A DNA stretch of 64,000 nucleotides from Bacillota bacterium (GTDB lineage: Bacteria; Bacillota; Clostridia; Lachnospirales; Lachnospiraceae), in NCBI GenBank assembly GCA_023408815.1, contig JAEYJO010000074.1, positions 6,768-70,767 on the forward strand, read 5' to 3'. The translations under genes and the position numbers were made by a program. Within the stretch, counting starts at the first letter, position 1. Every line of letters starts with the position of its first letter. Below the pieces are notes generated by a model that had not been told where the DNA came from, ran no database searches, and saw only the letters and a list, made by a program, of their open reading frames with translations. Below are positions 59,728 to 64,000 of this stretch, piece after piece.

Positions 59728-61624
59728 AATCTAATCTCCTTTTTTTCTGCGTCTTTTTGGAAATAATGGCCGCCCTTCTATCATCCATCTCCATTTCATT
59801 TAATCTTCTATGCAACGTATGTAGGTTGGGTTTCAGTGCATCATACCCGGCATTTGCATAATTCCTACAGTCTAGCGCTTCATTCCGATTGTGTCCGGGT
59901 ATTTTCTCCCATATCCACTTCTTTCCTCGAAGCACCATTCTTTCAGATAAGAGCCCATTGAAAAAAGTGGCGTTGTATCTTTTTTCCGGATTACTCGGAA
60001 AATGACATTTCTTTTCTTCTTTACCTACAAATTCAGACATCGCAGACATGATTTTTACTTTTCCCGAATCAACACCTATTAAATAAAACCACGCCTCTCC
60101 TATAACTCTGTCTTGTCTTATAATTTTTGTTTTTTTAGGAACATCTGTATATGGTCGGTCAGCACCATCCTTTCCCTTGATGGCAAATACCTTTTTATTC
60201 AATCTTTTGGCGCATTGCTGATAAACATCTTGAGTATAGTGGCCGCCAGAATCAACAAAGGTAATGGATATTTTTAGTCCCTTTCCATTTTTGAAGCGAT
60301 ATACTTTGTCTATCACGCCGTCCAGCCTTTCCCATGTATCTTCCTTATCTGGCGAACCGATTATATTACCTCTTTCGATTCCCCAATTCTCATCATCAAA
60401 TCCATACCCCACGACCTCATATTCAAGTCGGTTGTCCTGGGTATCTACTCCACAAGTAAGGCATAATACCCCTTCTGGTAATTCTGCGTCGTAGTTCTCC
60501 CTCTCCTTCAGCAGCTCGTCGCTTTCATCATCAACATACAGCTCACCATCCCAAGTTTTACCCAATAGCGTATTATATACGGTTTTTAGCTTATTTTGGT
60601 CTCCTTTTGCTTCTAAATACCTTAAAATAATTGTTTTCCAGCTCATCCATGGGCTGGAAAGTCCATTGATCCAAAACGAACGCGCACCATTACGATACGC
60701 GTTCGGATTTTGGGCTATCCATTTATGTGGCTGTTTTTTGATTGTTTCTTCACTTGCTGCGCATCCACATTCCGGACAAGCAAACTCCGCGTTTTCCACA
60801 GAGTATTGTGTCTTGTGATTAATTTTGGTTACAGAATGCTTAAACATAATGTGTTCAAATTCTATAAAAACAAACTCATGACAGTGTGGGCATTCTACGC
60901 ACCAATATTCCTGCGTTCCGGAATGAAAAGAATCTACTATTGAGCTATCTCCTTTTATGGTAGGCGTAGAAACTTCAATCATTTTATAATTATAAAACGT
61001 AATAGTTCTGGCTTCTGCCAGCTTCCACGGATCTCCTTCTCCTCCAGCGTCCTTCGCCCAGCGATCGCGCTCATCACCAAAAATATATCTCGCCGGCGTG
61101 CCTGCCAGCGGTGCCGGTGCGTTACTACCCACAAGGGTAAGCATACCACCCGGGTATGATTTTTTTAGTACGGTATTATCACTATCCCTGCTTTTTGCCT
61201 CCGCTATTTTACTCCTCAATCTATTTGTATCTCTTATCATTGGAGCCAAGCGGCGTTTCGAAAAATCTTTAGCGAAATCCACCGTAGGCACAATATACAT
61301 GATACCGCCTGGATCTTGGTCTATGGCATAGGCAAGCATGTTCAACATTAGTTCGGTTTTTCCTACCTGAGAGGAAGCCACTACTGTTTCTCTATGAATG
61401 CGTGGGTCCTTAAAAGCATCCATAATCTCCTTTAGGTAAGGAGTTCGTGACGTTTTCCATTTTCCGGCTTCCGCGCTATTTTCAGGTGATAATCTTCTAT
61501 ACTTATCCGCCCACTCTGACACTGAAATCTGCTCAGGAGCACTAAACCTTGATATGGATTTATATATTGTATTATTTAGGTCTTGAATTCTATATTCATC
61601 CGTCGTCTTCCTCTCCCTGCTCAC
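59711..61624 (-). CDS. Terminase large subunit (lambda GpA family)
   Basis: SQVGKTE, DERD, STPT, CPHC, GVDTQ and RNEALDC. Confidence 0.95.
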   Translation of the reverse strand: MSRERKTTDEYRIQDLNNTIYKSISRFSAPEQISVSEWADKYRRLSPENSAEAGKWKTSRTPYLKEIMDAFKDPRIHRETVVASSQVGKTELMLNMLAYAIDQDPGGIMYIVPTVDFAKDFSKRRLAPMIRDTNRLRSKIAEAKSRDSDNTVLKKSYPGGMLTLVGSNAPAPLAGTPARYIFGDERDRWAKDAGGEGDPWKLAEARTITFYNYKMIEVSTPTIKGDSSIVDSFHSGTQEYWCVECPHCHEFVFIEFEHIMFKHSVTKINHKTQYSVENAEFACPECGCAASEETIKKQPHKWIAQNPNAYRNGARSFWINGLSSPWMSWKTIILRYLEAKGDQNKLKTVYNTLLGKTWDGELYVDDESDELLKERENYDAELPEGVLCLTCGVDTQDNRLEYEVVGYGFDDENWGIERGNIIGSPDKEDTWERLDGVIDKVYRFKNGKGLKISITFVDSGGHYTQDVYQQCAKRLNKKVFAIKGKDGADRPYTDVPKKTKIIRQDRVIGEAWFYLIGVDSGKVKIMSAMSEFVGKEEKKCHFPSNPEKRYNATFFNGLLSERMVLRGKKWIWEKIPGHNRNEALDCRNYANAGYDALKPNLHTLHRRLNEMEMDDRRAAIISKKTQKKRRLDYGDDW

Positions 61625-62174
61625 GGGCTATCCATCCTTGTCTTTCTCGCACCCTTTTCCTATATTCTTCGGGATTATATTTATAGCTCGATAAATCATC
61701 TAATATATCATAAACATCTTTCTGTATTCTAGCTGAAATCTCTGAAGCATCGTTCATTCCCGCCAGATCGACCGCCAGCTGTCCTGGCATGGACAATAGA
61801 TTCGAACGAACACATAGTACCAAGTCAGTCGTCATATTCTCAACGTCCTCAGCCTTGTGCATTCTCCCCTCTATTTCCTCTAATTCTAACTGCGTTATTC
61901 TTAATTTTGCTTTTTTCGTTTCAATCTCTATCTGTAATTTTTCATCTTCTTTGCTTCCGCCTTTTTCTTCCGCTTTCTTACTAACATGTTCTATGTATGC
62001 CTGTACGGTTTTATATTTATCATATCTCCGTGTTGCCCTTTTACCATTTTTGACTTCAATCGTCGGTAAAATTCCGTCAGTCGTAAGCTGCTGGACGGTC
62101 CTCGAAGTTCTTCCTATCAATTTCGCTATTTCAGTAGAATTTACCATCAGGTCCTGTGGCTCTGCTCTTCCCAT
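61596..62174 (-). CDS. Terminase small subunit (Nu1-like)
   Basis: N-terminal wHTH-like segment and coiled coil; upstream of GpA. Confidence 0.85.
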   Translation of the reverse strand: MGRAEPQDLMVNSTEIAKLIGRTSRTVQQLTTDGILPTIEVKNGKRATRRYDKYKTVQAYIEHVSKKAEEKGGSKEDEKLQIEIETKKAKLRITQLELEEIEGRMHKAEDVENMTTDLVLCVRSNLLSMPGQLAVDLAGMNDASEISARIQKDVYDILDDLSSYKYNPEEYRKRVRERQGWIAREQGEEDDG

Positions 62175-62408
62175 GTTTACTCGCTTCTCCGTTATTTCGT
62201 CAACTTATATTTTTCATGTCATGCGAAGCGAAATGCCCCGAAAAAAAACTTTAAAACTAGCTGAAGATTGGGGTCATCCGCGCCGCAGTGGATTTTTTTC
62301 TTTTGGAAGTACCTACTAGCTCCTCCGCCAGCCCGCCACGGAATATCTGCCCCCCCCTATTTTACTCCCCGTTTTCATCGAGTTGGGCGATTATATATTT
62401 TAAGACAG

Positions 62409-62437
62409 AAAAAGAGACAGCCGAAGCCATCTCCTTA
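62409..62437 (-). terminator. Terminator after moron gene
   Basis: GAGATGGC-TTCG-GCTGTCTC-TTTTT. Confidence 0.75.
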
Positions 62438-62443
62438 CATCTT

Positions 62444-63265
62444 TTAAAAATCCAATCCTGTAATTTTTTTAATAATTTCAGTTATACCAGCTGTTGTTAA
62501 ATGACAAAAAATTTTATTTTTGAATTCTTCTTTATTATTTTCTAAAACTTTTTTGAATCCTTGCTTATCTTTATGCTGTATCTGGAACAAGGCCTGAAGA
62601 ATTAATCTATTTTCAAGCGAATCCCTGCTCATTACGGTTTCTAATGACTTAAAAGCTTGCTCTAATTCATTCCACTCTTCTGTATAACTGTTTACTATCA
62701 CAGAGCCATTGTTTTCACCAACAACACTATTCTTACTATCTCCCATTACAATAGGTCCCGAAATATCTCTTCCAGCAAAATTTCCTGTACTATTAATATT
62801 TATCATGTTGCTTCCCCCTTCACTACTAGAAATCTTACAATCTTTAAAATTAATATTATACTTAATATTGCCATTCTTAAAACATTCTGTAATTGCGTCT
62901 TCGGCGTCAGATAGAAACTTTTCATCCTTGCTCGAAAATAACACTATTTTCCCACAATTCAAATGTAAAAGTAGATACTGTCCTAAAGCACTATTATCGG
63001 CATAAATCGTATATAAATATAAAGTACAAATAAGTAAAAATATAATTCCCACCATCGTTATCATTTCGTTGTTAGTCAACATCGTCAGGGCTCCAGCGCC
63101 AATACCTCCAAAAGCCCATAATGGATATGGCTTTTTTGGCATAGGATCAATAGAATAATAAGAAATATTACTCATTTGAATTACCGAATTTTTATACTTA
63201 ATAACATTATCACCTAGCTCCATATACCCATTTTTAACTATATCTTTATTTTTTTCATTCAACAT
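62444..63265 (-). CDS. AT-rich membrane protein moron of unknown function
   Basis: Two TM segments and a G/N-rich linker; own RBS; flanked by terminators. Confidence 0.75.
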   Translation of the reverse strand: MLNEKNKDIVKNGYMELGDNVIKYKNSVIQMSNISYYSIDPMPKKPYPLWAFGGIGAGALTMLTNNEMITMVGIIFLLICTLYLYTIYADNSALGQYLLLHLNCGKIVLFSSKDEKFLSDAEDAITECFKNGNIKYNINFKDCKISSSEGGSNMININSTGNFAGRDISGPIVMGDSKNSVVGENNGSVIVNSYTEEWNELEQAFKSLETVMSRDSLENRLILQALFQIQHKDKQGFKKVLENNKEEFKNKIFCHLTTAGITEIIKKITGLDF

Positions 63266-63461
63266 AACTTTTCCCCTTTCATTTTTATTATATATTACTT
63301 CATAATTATTATAATTTCAACAAAAAATGCTATACGCAACCAACTGCACATAGCATTTTGTAATATAAAAGTAAGATATTTCATTTTCCAGAATAAATTT
63401 ACACTAATACCACTCTAGGCGGCATTGCATATCTTGTATTATGGCATCTCTATTTTTATGA

Positions 63462-63501
63462 TACTATATTATCACATTCAGGTGTGACATTTGTGACAAC
63501 T
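63462..63501 (-). promoter_or_regulatory. Probable activator-dependent late promoter
   Basis: TGTCACA-AA-TGTCACA direct repeat then a TG-extended -10-like element, right after the activator gene. Confidence 0.55.
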
Positions 63502-63505
63502 TTAT

Positions 63506-63925
63506 TTATTTTTGCTTTTCCTCCATATCCATAAACCTTTTGTACTGCTGCCGGACGGATTCCGCTGAATTGCACCCCCCTATTTCTTCCGCCACTTGCT
63601 GCCATGTCATGCATGATACGTGTCGGTAAAATACGATTTGTCTGATTATGCTATCCTCTATGCCATTTATGTAATTTATTATTTTATCCCTTTGCAATTG
63701 AATTTCTGTGAGTTTCCCTGTTATAACAAGTTCTATGTCGGTTTTTCTGATGGCCATATCCGCAGTCTTGTCAGATAACCCCGAAACGTGCGGCATTCCT
63801 GTAAGTGTCTGGCCCTTTACTAAGCTTTGGCATTGTAGTCTATCCAGTTCTTTTTCCCACATTTTTAATTCTTTTAACAGATAATATATTTGTCCTAGTT
63901 CTGCTTTTGTCATATCTCTGGCCAT
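63506..63925 (-). CDS. Late-gene transcriptional activator (RinA/ArpU-like)
   Basis: C-terminal HTH (MTWQQVAEEIG); position before the packaging module. Confidence 0.75.
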   Translation of the reverse strand: MARDMTKAELGQIYYLLKELKMWEKELDRLQCQSLVKGQTLTGMPHVSGLSDKTADMAIRKTDIELVITGKLTEIQLQRDKIINYINGIEDSIIRQIVFYRHVSCMTWQQVAEEIGGCNSAESVRQQYKRFMDMEEKQK

Positions 63926-64000
63926 CCTCCAGTTTAGAATGCGTATCCAATCGCAAACGTCGTGTCTGCCACCATAATTGATAGCTGTAAATCTTTGCTT

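Larger units (their letters stand above)
33577..64000 (-). mobile_element. Prophage (lambda-like head, P2-like contractile tail); continues beyond the right edge
   Basis: Ordered terminase-portal-protease-capsid-sheath-tube-tape measure-baseplate-fibre-holin-lysin module; host gene truncated at left end. Confidence 0.95.

Noticed and set aside
1..64000. CRISPR array, tRNA/rRNA genes, IS transposase, integrase
   Set aside because: None recognised by eye; the prophage integrase presumably lies beyond the right edge.
63926..64000. Partial ORF at the right edge
   Set aside because: Reading frame ambiguous in 75 nt.

Overview
Firmicute chromosome, probably Lachnospiraceae (inferred from gene content, sporulation genes and riboswitch types). 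Bases 1-33.58 kb are mostly minus-strand housekeeping genes: dusB, coaX, birA, argF, proC, pfkA, dnaE, glmS with a glmS ribozyme, metK with a SAM-I riboswitch, murA, dinB and galE. Many REP-like palindromes lie between them. From about 33,577 to the window end lies part of a prophage with a lambda-like head and a P2-like contractile tail. It carries a lysis cassette, a LexA-boxed Y-family polymerase plus SRAP cassette, a HicAB moron and an insulated membrane-protein moron. The two most notable observations are: (1) the glmS mRNA looks closed by a long 5'-leader/3'-trailer stalk with a boxA-like motif, as in pre-rRNA, with the self-cleaving ribozyme inside it; (2) the prophage cuts a LysM-GH18 spore-cortex hydrolase gene at an att-like dyad, which suggests excision could rebuild the gene. 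All calls were made by eye; no database searches were run.
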